DNA from: Minisyncoccota bacterium
GTDB lineage: Bacteria > Patescibacteriota > Minisyncoccia > Phycocordibacterales > UBA9973
Reading direction: 5' to 3'
NCBI GenBank assembly: GCA_035491955.1
Contig: DATJJU010000015.1
Location: 30,440-94,439, forward strand
DNA length: 64,000 bases
How positions within the stretch are numbered: position 1 is the stretch's first letter; each line of letters starts with the position of its first letter. This document shows positions 49,884 through 58,990 of the stretch, in pieces. The notes beneath the pieces are model-generated. The model was not told the origin of the DNA. It searched no databases and saw only the letters and a program-made list of their open reading frames with translations. A program made the translations under genes and the position numbers.

Positions 49884-52060
49884 ACTTCCGTCATCAATAA
49901 ATTATCTTTGCCCAATAATTGCCAGATAGCTTCGGTTACGAATGGCATGAAGGGGTGGAGAACGGTAAGATTTTCACAGAGAATAGTAAACAGTAATTTC
50001 TGGCGCGATTGTTTAACAGCTATATCTTCACTTGCCAGCAACGGCTTACTTTCTTCCAGGATCTTATCAGCAAAAGTGGTCCAGATGTATTGGTAAATAT
50101 CTTCTGCAGCAACATGAAGACGATATGCATCGATATCGGCAGTGATTTTCTTTGCAGTTTCGTGCCACTGTGCAGCAATAACAGTATCATCAGGAGTAAA
50201 TGCTGCATTCACTGATGTGCTGTCGAAGTTGCTTAGGACGAAGCGAGTAATATTCCAAATTTTGTTTGCAAAATGTTTCTGTCCCTTGATCTTCTCTTCG
50301 GAAATCTTGCTATCAGTTCCTGGTGCTGTGCCAATGATGAGCGCCATACGTCCTGCATCTGCTCCGTATTTTGCTGCAATATCAAGAGGGTCCATAGCAT
50401 TGCCAAGAGACTTGGACATTTTTTTGCCCTGCGCATCTCGCACTAAGCCATGGAGGTATACTTTTTTGAAAGGAATATCGCCGAGAGTGTATCCTGTCAT
50501 CAATATCATGCGGGCAATCCAGAAGAATAAAATATCGTACCCAGTCTCGAGAACGCTCGTCGGGTGATATATTTTTAGATCTTCAGTCTGTTCCGGCCAG
50601 CCCATGGTTGAGAAGGTCCATAGTCCTGATGAGAACCATGTATCCAATGTATCTTCATCCTGTGTCCATCCTGCGCCTTCTGGTGCCTCAATACCGCAAT
50701 AGATTTCATTTTCCTTGTACCAGACAGGGATGCGATGCCCATACCAAATCTGACGGCTAATACACCAATCTCGAAGATTATCGATCCAGTGAAAATAGGT
50801 CTTGCTGAAATAGTCAGGAATAATATCTATTTGCCCGGTACCAACAGTAGTACGCATGATTTCCTTTAATGTGGTTTGTGAGCCTGATGCAATATCGTTA
50901 ATATTGGAATCGGCAAGCGTGAATGGCTTATTAACGTCAATAAACCATTGCAATTTTGGCAAAGGTTCAATAATGCCGCTAGTACGTTCGGCGGTTGCAA
51001 CGTTTTGATCAATAGCTTCTTCTTTTTCGACCAAGCCCTCTTCTTTCAGCCAGTTCACGATTATGTCGCGAGCTTCAGCAACTTTTTTACCCATGAGGCG
51101 CTCATCGCCAACCATCATCTTGGCATATTCATTAATAACCTGTGGACGAGGGAGATCGTGACGATCAGCAATTTCCCAGTCGATCATAGAGTGCGCAGGA
51201 GTGACGCCAAGTGCTCCAGTACCAAATTCTTTTTCCACTGCTTCATCAGCAATAATTTTTATATGAATAGGAACACCGCAGAATACGACATCGTATTCTT
51301 TGCCAACATATTCCTTGTATCGTTCATCATCAGGATGCACTGCTACGGCCACATCACCGACTTTTGTTTCCGGGCGAGTAGTAGAAATAGCGATAGGGAA
51401 ACCTTTCGAGTATTTAAATGTGTACAATGTTGCTTTGCGAGCTTCATATACTATTTCATCATCTGAAATAGTAGTCTGACCCTTCGGGTCCCAGTTGATG
51501 ATTTTGTTCGATCGATAGATCAATCCGTCATCGTACATTTTTTTGAAAACAGTACGAACAGCCAGGGTGCGCTTTTCATCCAAGGTGAATGCTTCGCGGC
51601 TCCAGTCCAATGATGCCCCCATGACTTTCATTTGGTTTACGATAGTGTCGTGACTATCCTGTGCAAATGCGTTTACACGATTGAGCATTTCTTCTCGTCC
51701 AAGATCATGACGGCTTTTGCCTTCGGCTTTTTGGACCTCTTTTTCAACTTTTGATTGTGTAGCGATAGCAGCATGGTCGGTGCCGGGAAGCCAGAGCGTG
51801 CGAAAACCGCGCATGCGCTTATGGCGAATGAGAATATCTTGGACAGTCAGCATCATGGCGTGGCCCATGTGAAGGATACCAGTAACGTTGGGCGGGGGAA
51901 GGATAATAGTAAAAGGCTCAGCATCAGCTTTTGTCAGACCGTCCTTAATCATATTTTCAGGAGTGAAATATCCTGACTCCTCCCATTTCTTATATATAAG
52001 ATTTTCCTCTTCAACAGGGTTATAGGGCTTCAAAAGCTTTTCAGGGATTTCTGAATTCAT
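49868..52060 (-). CDS. valS: Valine--tRNA ligase (short form lacking the C-terminal coiled coil)
   Basis: PPPNVTGILHMGH, DHAAIATQ, DWCISRQIWYGHRIP, DTWFSS, KMSKS. Confidence 0.97.
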   Translation of the reverse strand: MNSEIPEKLLKPYNPVEEENLIYKKWEESGYFTPENMIKDGLTKADAEPFTIILPPPNVTGILHMGHAMMLTVQDILIRHKRMRGFRTLWLPGTDHAAIATQSKVEKEVQKAEGKSRHDLGREEMLNRVNAFAQDSHDTIVNQMKVMGASLDWSREAFTLDEKRTLAVRTVFKKMYDDGLIYRSNKIINWDPKGQTTISDDEIVYEARKATLYTFKYSKGFPIAISTTRPETKVGDVAVAVHPDDERYKEYVGKEYDVVFCGVPIHIKIIADEAVEKEFGTGALGVTPAHSMIDWEIADRHDLPRPQVINEYAKMMVGDERLMGKKVAEARDIIVNWLKEEGLVEKEEAIDQNVATAERTSGIIEPLPKLQWFIDVNKPFTLADSNINDIASGSQTTLKEIMRTTVGTGQIDIIPDYFSKTYFHWIDNLRDWCISRQIWYGHRIPVWYKENEIYCGIEAPEGAGWTQDEDTLDTWFSSGLWTFSTMGWPEQTEDLKIYHPTSVLETGYDILFFWIARMILMTGYTLGDIPFKKVYLHGLVRDAQGKKMSKSLGNAMDPLDIAAKYGADAGRMALIIGTAPGTDSKISEEKIKGQKHFANKIWNITRFVLSNFDSTSVNAAFTPDDTVIAAQWHETAKKITADIDAYRLHVAAEDIYQYIWTTFADKILEESKPLLASEDIAVKQSRQKLLFTILCENLTVLHPFMPFVTEAIWQLLGKDNLLMTEVWPIN

Positions 52061-52220
52061 AACAAAATAATACCAATTTGTAAGGGATTTTGGTAGTTAT
52101 TGACGTTTTAATTAAAAATGATATAAATTCAGACAAATAGGGTGAATAGAGAAACTCCCATATGCCGCTAAGGAAAAAAATGATCTCGGATTCGCACGGT
52201 GCGATTAAACCTTTAAAAAA

Positions 52221-52724
52221 ATGAATAGCATAACTAAAATCGGCAAAATTGCCCTTTTAAAAATCTATGAAAAGAAACCATGGTCTTCTGGAGGAAAGAA
52301 ATACACTACCACAGTTATATTTTCTACGAAGCCAATTGACTTAACAACAAAAGAGGATGAGTATAGAGAGCCGAATGTAATCGGTTTCATACACTGTGAA
52401 GCATGGTCAATTGCACTGGGACAGATTTCAGTAGGGTGTAGAGACAATCAGACTCTACTGAGAGGAATGGTTAAGAAACTATTGAGCTTGAAAAAACCAA
52501 GCGCACCTTCTCATTACATAATCCGAAAAACAATTGAAATAAGTAAAACCGAGTACAACTTTGTGGTAACAATATTTCGCCTCACAAGAGAACAGGAAGA
52601 TGAAATATATTACGACTATCTGACACCTGCAGCGCAGAAAAAAGAAAAAGCTTTAAACTATGAAAGAGTAGAAAAAGTAAAACGTCTTCAAGGAGAAATA
52701 AAAGAAATTAAAGAGCAAATGTGA
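52221..52724 (+). CDS. Hypothetical orphan protein
   Basis: 167-aa ORF with its own promoter (TTGACG 52100), an ~85-nt leader and a downstream hairpin. Confidence 0.65.
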   Translation: MNSITKIGKIALLKIYEKKPWSSGGKKYTTTVIFSTKPIDLTTKEDEYREPNVIGFIHCEAWSIALGQISVGCRDNQTLLRGMVKKLLSLKKPSAPSHYIIRKTIEISKTEYNFVVTIFRLTREQEDEIYYDYLTPAAQKKEKALNYERVEKVKRLQGEIKEIKEQM

Positions 52725-52762
52725 ATAGTTCCCCAAATAACCCCCAATTAGTTTGCGGGGTT

Positions 52763-54064
52763 TTATTCTGTCTCAATCGAAAGGTTGCCGTTGGCTTTGA
52801 GATCGGAGGCGGGAGTGGTGGAAATAGTGCCGGTCATGCCGCGAGCAAACGCAGCGAGGCCGATCATGACAGCGTTATCGGTAGCGAGCCATGGTTCAGG
52901 AAATAGCACGGTAACACCAGAGAGTTTATTTTGCACTGCAAGAGAGAGCTGTTCGCGAAGAAATGAATTGCCTGCGACGCCTCCGCCAACGACGATAGTC
53001 TGAATATGAAATTCTTCGGCAGCGCGAAGTGTCTTCTTTATAATGACATCCACAACAGCATCTTCGAAGGCGCAAGCTAATGCCATTTTTTCATCATCAG
53101 TAACTTCGTGGCCGAGATCGCGAATGGTATAGAGCATCGCTGTTTTAATTCCGGAAAATGAGAAGTCATAATCACCTGAATGAATCATTGGACGAGGCAT
53201 TTCAAATTGCTGAGATTTTCCTGTTGTTCTGAATTCCTTTGCTAGTCTTGAAACAGCTGGTCCTCCTGGATATGGCAATCCAAGCATGCGCGCTACTTTA
53301 TCAAATGCTTCGCCAACGGCGTCGTCGCGAGTCTGCCCGATTTTTTTATAGTCACCGTAACTATCAGTAAGAACTAATTCGGTGTGCCCGCCTGAAACGA
53401 GCAATGCAAGGAGAGGGAATTGTAGTTCACGGAATTCGTATGTTTTTTGAATTTCCGACGCAGACGGAACAATATTCCCATTTTTCTGATCCTCCCGTGC
53501 AGTCCGCTGGGAGGTGCTGCCAGCAGACAAATGGGAATGTTGTGCAGTCTGGAAGGAGGAAATACCATTTTTTTCTACGACTGCAGCCGTTACTACATGT
53601 CCCTCCATATGATTAACAGCAATAATCGGAATACCCCACACAGCATTAAGAACTTTTGCAGCATTAATGCCTACCCATAATGCCGGCTCAAGACCTGGAC
53701 CTACTGTTACAGCGATGTAGTCGATATCAGGTTTTTCGTATGTATTAAAAAGATCGACAAAATCGTTTACCATTTCGTCTTCACGGGTGCAGATAGAGAG
53801 AATAGTCTCTCGCGCATCTGTACCAGATGCGCTGAGGGTAGTACCAAGCAACCCAGCCTGTCCCAAAGCCTCCTTCATAAGAGCCACAATCTTCTGTGCA
53901 TGCGCCCGTTTAGCCATAGCAGGGAAGACACCTCCATACTGGGCGTGGAGCTCTATCTGAGAAGCCAAAGCGTTGCCAAGAAGGGCAATAGCACCCTGAT
54001 CGGTATCTGCCAAGACGGCAATACCAGTCTCATCGCAGCTGGTTTCTATACTAAGAATTTTCAT
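52763..54064 (-). CDS. tsaD: tRNA N6-threonylcarbamoyladenosine transferase TsaD, with insertions
   Basis: IETSCDETG, GPGL, NHMEGH, LVSGGHT, DDAVGEAFDKVAR, FSFSGIKT, TDNAVMIG. Confidence 0.96.
   Translation of the reverse strand: MKILSIETSCDETGIAVLADTDQGAIALLGNALASQIELHAQYGGVFPAMAKRAHAQKIVALMKEALGQAGLLGTTLSASGTDARETILSICTREDEMVNDFVDLFNTYEKPDIDYIAVTVGPGLEPALWVGINAAKVLNAVWGIPIIAVNHMEGHVVTAAVVEKNGISSFQTAQHSHLSAGSTSQRTAREDQKNGNIVPSASEIQKTYEFRELQFPLLALLVSGGHTELVLTDSYGDYKKIGQTRDDAVGEAFDKVARMLGLPYPGGPAVSRLAKEFRTTGKSQQFEMPRPMIHSGDYDFSFSGIKTAMLYTIRDLGHEVTDDEKMALACAFEDAVVDVIIKKTLRAAEEFHIQTIVVGGGVAGNSFLREQLSLAVQNKLSGVTVLFPEPWLATDNAVMIGLAAFARGMTGTISTTPASDLKANGNLSIETE
53451..53563. repeat. Palindromic element within the tsaD coding sequence
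   Basis: Nested arms ATTTCC/GGAAAT, CAGAC/GTCTG, CAATATTCCCATTT/AAATGGGAATGTTG and CCTCCC/GGGAGG. Confidence 0.8.
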
Positions 54065-54136
54065 GGTCTAATGATAGCACATATTGACCAAGTGTAAAAT
54101 TGTGTTATTATATTAAAAAATTAATTTAATAAAACT

Positions 54137-54370
54137 ATGAGTACACAATTAGAATCATCGCCTGAATTGGAAAACATCTTAGCGCATATGGAAACAGATA
54201 AGCATTCCATCGCACCGTATCTCAATGGGTATGTTATTGCTCCAAACAGTAAAAAAGCTAAAAAAGCCGCCACGCTTAAACCAGAATCAAGACGCTCTAT
54301 TGCTGGGCATTCCGGCCACATTTTTGTCGAAAAGTCTGATTGGGAAAAAGTAAAAGATGTTCGAGTTTAA
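54137..54370 (+). CDS. Small hypothetical protein
   Basis: 77-aa ORF with TTGACC..TATTAT promoter and GTCCCCTTTT/AAAAGGGGAC-T6 terminator. Confidence 0.65.
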   Translation: MSTQLESSPELENILAHMETDKHSIAPYLNGYVIAPNSKKAKKAATLKPESRRSIAGHSGHIFVEKSDWEKVKDVRV

Positions 54371-54468
54371 AATTAAACTTAAACTAAAATGGTCCCCTTT
54401 ACCAAAAGGGGACTTTTTTCTTGCCAAATTCTGAAATCGTGGTAATGTTTTGAAAAATTAACAACCAG

Positions 54469-55089
54469 ATGGAAAACAACAAACTCGCCCTTCACGGCCT
54501 GGCTGGGACTGGCAAGTCTCACACCGTTACAAATCTATTGGGGTATCATAAGGATCATACGCATTATTCCACAGGCGATACTGCTCGAGAGATTGCTAGG
54601 TGCCACGGCATGACAGTTGATGTCTATATGGTATACGCAAGAGATAACGGCATACCAATCGATAAAATATTGGATGATTCGCTCTGCGCGCTTAATGACA
54701 ATCCGACTCCTCATATTATTGATTCTCGTTTAGGGTTTTTCTTTCTCAAGCATGCCTACAAGGTGTATCTATTTGGAGAGCCGAGAGTGCTCGCCAAACG
54801 ACGTTGGAAGCAGTTACGAAAAGAAAACTATAAAGAGCATAAGCATCTTACTATTGCTGAAACTGAAAAGAAGATGGCAGAGAGGAATAAAAACGATATT
54901 ACAAAGTATCGGACCTTATACGGAGTAACCTGCAATGATTTCGTACACTACGATCTGATCATAGACACCACCAATCTTACTGTCGAACAGGTAACAACAA
55001 TCATTGATAGTAACTATTCGGCCTGGTGCAAAGGAGAAGCTCCTCGTCGCGCATTATATAAAAGAGTTGCTGATCCGGAATTCATATAA
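54469..55089 (+). CDS. P-loop nucleoside monophosphate kinase, archaeal-type cytidylate-kinase-like
   Basis: GLAGTGKS, STGD..REIA, IIDSRLG, KYRTLYG, YDLIIDTTNLTVEQV. Confidence 0.8.
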   Translation: MENNKLALHGLAGTGKSHTVTNLLGYHKDHTHYSTGDTAREIARCHGMTVDVYMVYARDNGIPIDKILDDSLCALNDNPTPHIIDSRLGFFFLKHAYKVYLFGEPRVLAKRRWKQLRKENYKEHKHLTIAETEKKMAERNKNDITKYRTLYGVTCNDFVHYDLIIDTTNLTVEQVTTIIDSNYSAWCKGEAPRRALYKRVADPEFI

Positions 55090-55147
55090 GTAAGTTGTTT
55101 TTTTGTTTTTTAAAATCCCCAGACGCAGATTGCGGTGGGGATTTTTT

Positions 55148-55753
55148 TTATCGCATGAGATAATCTCTTATCTTGCCGACAGTTTCGTAGAAGTGGCCAT
55201 TAAGATTTTCGAAGTGTCCTTCAGGCGGTACAAGCTCTATGCATTTTTTGATATTCATCTGCCAGGGTTCGGGCTGGTCGTATTCTTCTGCTTCATACAT
55301 CAGGAACTGTCTGTAGCTCTGAGGGGTTTTGAAGTCTTGAGGACGAGCAACCATTCTTCGATAGCGAACTTTTTTTGGTGCATCAATAGCTATTGGTTTG
55401 AAAACTGCATGAGGATATTTTTCGCGCAATTCTTGCAGATACATAAGTTCGCCAGGGCAGCGGATTGATTCAAGGATGTATACTCCCGGAATATTCTTCC
55501 AAAGAATATCGCTGTAGACTTTTTTTACCAACCATTCTGGCCCTTGGTCTTTTCGAATTTCATTGGCAAATTCTCCAAGTTCTGTTTGGCTGAGTGGCTC
55601 TCTTTGGTAGTCAGTGTAGAACAATCCTGTCAAAACCTCTCTGGCAGAAACAGACTTCATGCCAAGCTGTTTGCCGAGCTCAAGAGCAATGCTTGATTTG
55701 CCGGCTGCATTAGTGGCTGTAATGGGGGCGATTATTATACTGTCTTTTTTCAT
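55148..55753 (-). CDS. P-loop kinase (archaeal dephospho-CoA/adenylate-kinase-like)
   Basis: ITATNAAGKS, ANEIRKDQG, ILESIR, IAIDAPKKVRYRR. Confidence 0.7.
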   Translation of the reverse strand: MKKDSIIIAPITATNAAGKSSIALELGKQLGMKSVSAREVLTGLFYTDYQREPLSQTELGEFANEIRKDQGPEWLVKKVYSDILWKNIPGVYILESIRCPGELMYLQELREKYPHAVFKPIAIDAPKKVRYRRMVARPQDFKTPQSYRQFLMYEAEEYDQPEPWQMNIKKCIELVPPEGHFENLNGHFYETVGKIRDYLMR

Positions 55754-55856
55754 TGTCTCAGGTTTTTGCTTATTTTGCTTTTTTCAGGCAAAAAGTCAAT
55801 TTTGCACTTCACACAAAAATTCTGCTATATTCAATAAAACAAAGAACAAAATAATT

Positions 55857-56018
55857 ATGGAGAAGAAAGTGAAGCAAAATCCATCGGACGAGGTACCAAA
55901 TGGATATGAAGAGATGACATATCTTAAGGAAGAAGGGGACTCATTTCCAATTTTTGAGCCTGCTATTAAAAATGAAAGAAACATACAAGAGTTGGTTAAA
56001 TTTGAACCAACACACTAA
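55857..56018 (+). CDS. Small acidic hypothetical protein (53 aa)
   Basis: ATG 55857 within the 55659 ORF frame; promoter TTGCAC..TATATT upstream and terminator AAGGCACTCCC..GGGGCGCCTT downstream. Confidence 0.55.
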   Translation: MEKKVKQNPSDEVPNGYEEMTYLKEEGDSFPIFEPAIKNERNIQELVKFEPTH

Positions 56019-56263
56019 TTAAGATATAAGGCACTCCCTGCGGGGCGCCTTTTTGTTTACAATCAGGTGTTATTGAACCTCAAGGGTCAGACACTATTGA
56101 CAAATATAAAAAACAGTTTATTATTTTAATATTCCGAAAATGGAATTATAGGGTGAAGAAATACATCCTCAATGGCGAGTTGCAACAAAAATCCGCTTGT
56201 TCCTGTGGCGGTTACTAGGAATAGTCCCGTATGGTGCTGGGACGATAAAATGCACATACAGTA

Positions 56264-57211
56264 ATGAAAATCTTATTTGTTCTTTTAGAAGAAAGCTTTA
56301 CTGACTGGCAGGTAGCAGTTCTTATCGCAGTATTTCTAATTGCTATATTTTGTATTTACAAAATATTCTTTAGCAAAGATAAAAAAGAAGATTCTACACC
56401 CTCTGATCTCGCTCTGTATTTAGCAGATGAAACGGGATGGGATGATGGTGAAAATAAGACTTCGGAACAAAAGCAGGAAGAAGTAAAAGAAACTATTCCA
56501 GAGCCGGATGAATACGTTGTAGATGAAAACGATGCGAATCTATTTCACAACAAACGCTACAGCGACTTCAGTCTTAGAATGGTTTTTGCAATATCTACTG
56601 TCAATAAAAAGGATGTGATGATATTGACTTCCTCATTACCTTTACAGTTCAACAAGAGTACCTTCAATATTGAAAAAAAGGAGTTACTCGCGACCATTCC
56701 TCAAATTGTTAATGTAACTAAGAGCGAAGATCACGGTATTGCTCTTCAAAAATCGCCCGCAAGTAAATGGGACGATATCAAGGATGCTATCCTTAGATTT
56801 TTCTTTATTCATATGCATCATGTATATGCGTGGAAATTTGAAAAGCAAATCGTACTCATTTCGACGGTTCCAAATCCCGATATGCTTAATTTTGAGATGC
56901 GTCTCGAAACGAAGTATCATCTTGAACTTGGCCGAAAGCTTTGCGCTATAAAAGGGATGGGTGGAAGCAGTAGTTTGCATGATGGACTTCCTATATGTAT
57001 GGATCATGATAAGCATTATGATTTTGGATTAGGAAAAGCAACGGCATATACCTGGAAAGAATTGCTTCCTAAAATTAAAAAGGTCTTTGAAGATTACTTT
57101 CCTGCAGGGGTTGAATTTAAAAGTGCTCCAAGTCAATACTCGGACGAAGATTTTCAGAGGATTCATCGTTCTCGTCATCACGACGATTTCTTTATGGAAT
57201 CACTTCGATAA
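56264..57211 (+). CDS. Membrane-anchored protein with two Nfu/NifU N-terminal-like domains
   Basis: TM helix, acidic linker, two repeats: IST..L.TIPQI..LQK....WDDIKDAI and ISTVPNPDMLNF..LCAIKG..LGK....WKELLPKI. Confidence 0.6.
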   Translation: MKILFVLLEESFTDWQVAVLIAVFLIAIFCIYKIFFSKDKKEDSTPSDLALYLADETGWDDGENKTSEQKQEEVKETIPEPDEYVVDENDANLFHNKRYSDFSLRMVFAISTVNKKDVMILTSSLPLQFNKSTFNIEKKELLATIPQIVNVTKSEDHGIALQKSPASKWDDIKDAILRFFFIHMHHVYAWKFEKQIVLISTVPNPDMLNFEMRLETKYHLELGRKLCAIKGMGGSSSLHDGLPICMDHDKHYDFGLGKATAYTWKELLPKIKKVFEDYFPAGVEFKSAPSQYSDEDFQRIHRSRHHDDFFMESLR

Positions 57212-57229
57212 ATCTAATTATTTAAATAT

Positions 57230-57259
57230 GGCCATCTCTTTTATAAGAGATGGCTTTTT
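57230..57259 (+). terminator. Intrinsic terminator
   Basis: GCCATCTCTT-TTAT-AAGAGATGGC-T5. Confidence 0.8.
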
Positions 57260-57333
57260 ATTTTGAACAATAGGGTCAGGCACCATTGACTTTTATTGAT
57301 AATAAGGCAATATGATGGAAACTCATTTAAATT

Positions 57334-57786
57334 ATGGAACAAAAAGAAATAACTTTGAGATGCCTGCTTATGCCGGCTCAGACTCTCCACCTTTCTTTTT
57401 CACAAGAAAAGATCGACCCCGAACAAGATCGTTTTCAGGCAAAAAATCACCTTATGACTCAGTCTTGTTTTTTAAGAATTCTACCGTTCACAAAAGAGTC
57501 TGCATTTCAGATTGAACAGAAATGGATGAAAACGATATTCGAAGAAGGTCTCAAATGTCCAACATTCGGATACAATCTCTATGACTACATTTGGATATCA
57601 CCTGCGGCGAAGCAACAATATGGAAACCTTATGTTCCATTACAATGAAGCTGGGGGAATATTCCTTTCCCTTGTAGGGGAACTACTCCGTCGTCAGCAGA
57701 AAAATGGATTGATCGATGCTGCCGAAAACTCTGCCTGGTTTCTCGAAAACTATTCATCACTTCTACCGAAACAGGAAAGTGTTTGA
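57334..57786 (+). CDS. Hypothetical orphan protein
   Basis: 150-aa ORF with a TTGACT promoter at 57286. Confidence 0.65.
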   Translation: MEQKEITLRCLLMPAQTLHLSFSQEKIDPEQDRFQAKNHLMTQSCFLRILPFTKESAFQIEQKWMKTIFEEGLKCPTFGYNLYDYIWISPAAKQQYGNLMFHYNEAGGIFLSLVGELLRRQQKNGLIDAAENSAWFLENYSSLLPKQESV

Positions 57787-57826
57787 AGAAATTGAACTGA
57801 GGAATATAAAATTAAATCATTAAAAG

Positions 57827-58204
57827 ATGGGAAAGGTACTAGTAATTGCAATCGTTCTATTTTTTGTGATAAAGGAAATCCTTATTAGAAAAAGTAACAA
57901 GTTGGCAAAAGAGAATCTCGAGTTAAGAAGTGAGCTTCTACTAAAAGAAGCTAAATTAGAATTAGAGCACGAAGCAGGTGAAGATCCTTTCGAATTATTA
58001 TTAAAGGATCTCGAAGACAAGAATTTCACCAAAACTCAAAGTTCTGATTTTATTCAGAAGACACATGCAAAGATATTAAAGGCTATCGACTTAACACAAA
58101 GACTTTTAAAAATCTACAAAAAGGAGAAAAACATTTCTGGTATAGAAGAAGAAACTATGTATCTGAACCGATTACTGGAAATAAAGAAAAATCTTGAATC
58201 TTAA
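57827..58204 (+). CDS. Hypothetical membrane-anchored coiled-coil protein
   Basis: N-terminal hydrophobic helix; terminator ACCCTTACAT/ATGTAAGGGT follows. Confidence 0.65.
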   Translation: MGKVLVIAIVLFFVIKEILIRKSNKLAKENLELRSELLLKEAKLELEHEAGEDPFELLLKDLEDKNFTKTQSSDFIQKTHAKILKAIDLTQRLLKIYKKEKNISGIEEETMYLNRLLEIKKNLES

Positions 58205-58275
58205 TAGCGACGCCTTTGCTATTATGACCCTTACATTTTTATGATGTAAGGGTTTTTATTTTATCAAAATATTCT

Positions 58276-58352
58276 TGGTGCGCGATACAGGAATCGAACC
58301 TGTGACCTCAGCAATGTCAATGCTGCGCTCTAACCATCTGAGCTAACCGCGC
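58276..58352 (-). tRNA. tRNA-Val(GAC)
   Basis: GCGCGGT TA GCTC AGATGGTTA GAGC G CAGCA TTGACAT TGCTG AGGTC ACAGG TTCGATT CCTGT ATCGCGC A CCA. Confidence 0.95.
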
Positions 58353-58444
58353 GAACGGTTGGTACCAGGCAAGACCTAGTACGGCAATCAGTTTGACAAA
58401 AAAAGTTGATTTAGGCAAACTTAGGTAGAAAGGAACTTTATCAT

Positions 58445-58990
58445 ATGAACGAAACGGATTATTTCCGCAAAGATCCGCCAGAGGTAACTTTTGTAGAATA
58501 CCACCCAAGTAGGTTGCCTTACTGCACAAGCCCGCTTCTTCTTCATCGCAAGCCAAAGCCAAAATCGTATTGGATCGCTCCACACCCTGACATACTTCGC
58601 TGTATCAAGGAAAAGAATGACTTCTATCATTACGAAGTTTGGACATTGGAATACCTTAAGGAAGAATTCAAAAACGCAGGATTTTCTCAAAAGCTTAAAA
58701 ATCCAAAAAGCTTTGTCAGGTCCTGTCGGCTTCTTATTAGTAAAAGAATCGCACAAACACAAAAGCCTCTTGTAATTATTACATGGGGAGCAGTCATCAG
58801 ACTCGTGGCTCCGTCACTTGGGCAGGAGTTACCACGCGAGATTCTTTTTGAAAAAAATTTCTTTAAAGATTCTATTTTTGAAAAAACATTCATTTATTTT
58901 CAGGGAGGCAAACCTTTCCAAAAAGACGCCAACCCGATCTTAAATGACATCTCAAAACTTATCGTAAAAACAGAACTCGTATCCAATTAG
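58445..58990 (+). CDS. Hypothetical orphan protein
   Basis: 181-aa ORF, promoter 58393-58421, hairpin plus T-tract overlapping the stop. Confidence 0.65.
   Translation: MNETDYFRKDPPEVTFVEYHPSRLPYCTSPLLLHRKPKPKSYWIAPHPDILRCIKEKNDFYHYEVWTLEYLKEEFKNAGFSQKLKNPKSFVRSCRLLISKRIAQTQKPLVIITWGAVIRLVAPSLGQELPREILFEKNFFKDSIFEKTFIYFQGGKPFQKDANPILNDISKLIVKTELVSN

Noticed and set aside
52137-56263. Leader motif as a ykkC/guanidine riboswitch, c-di-GMP riboswitch, or HDV-like/twister ribozyme
   Set aside because: Only fragments match (TAGGGT, GGGAC, ATAAAA); the required conserved cores and pairings could not be built.
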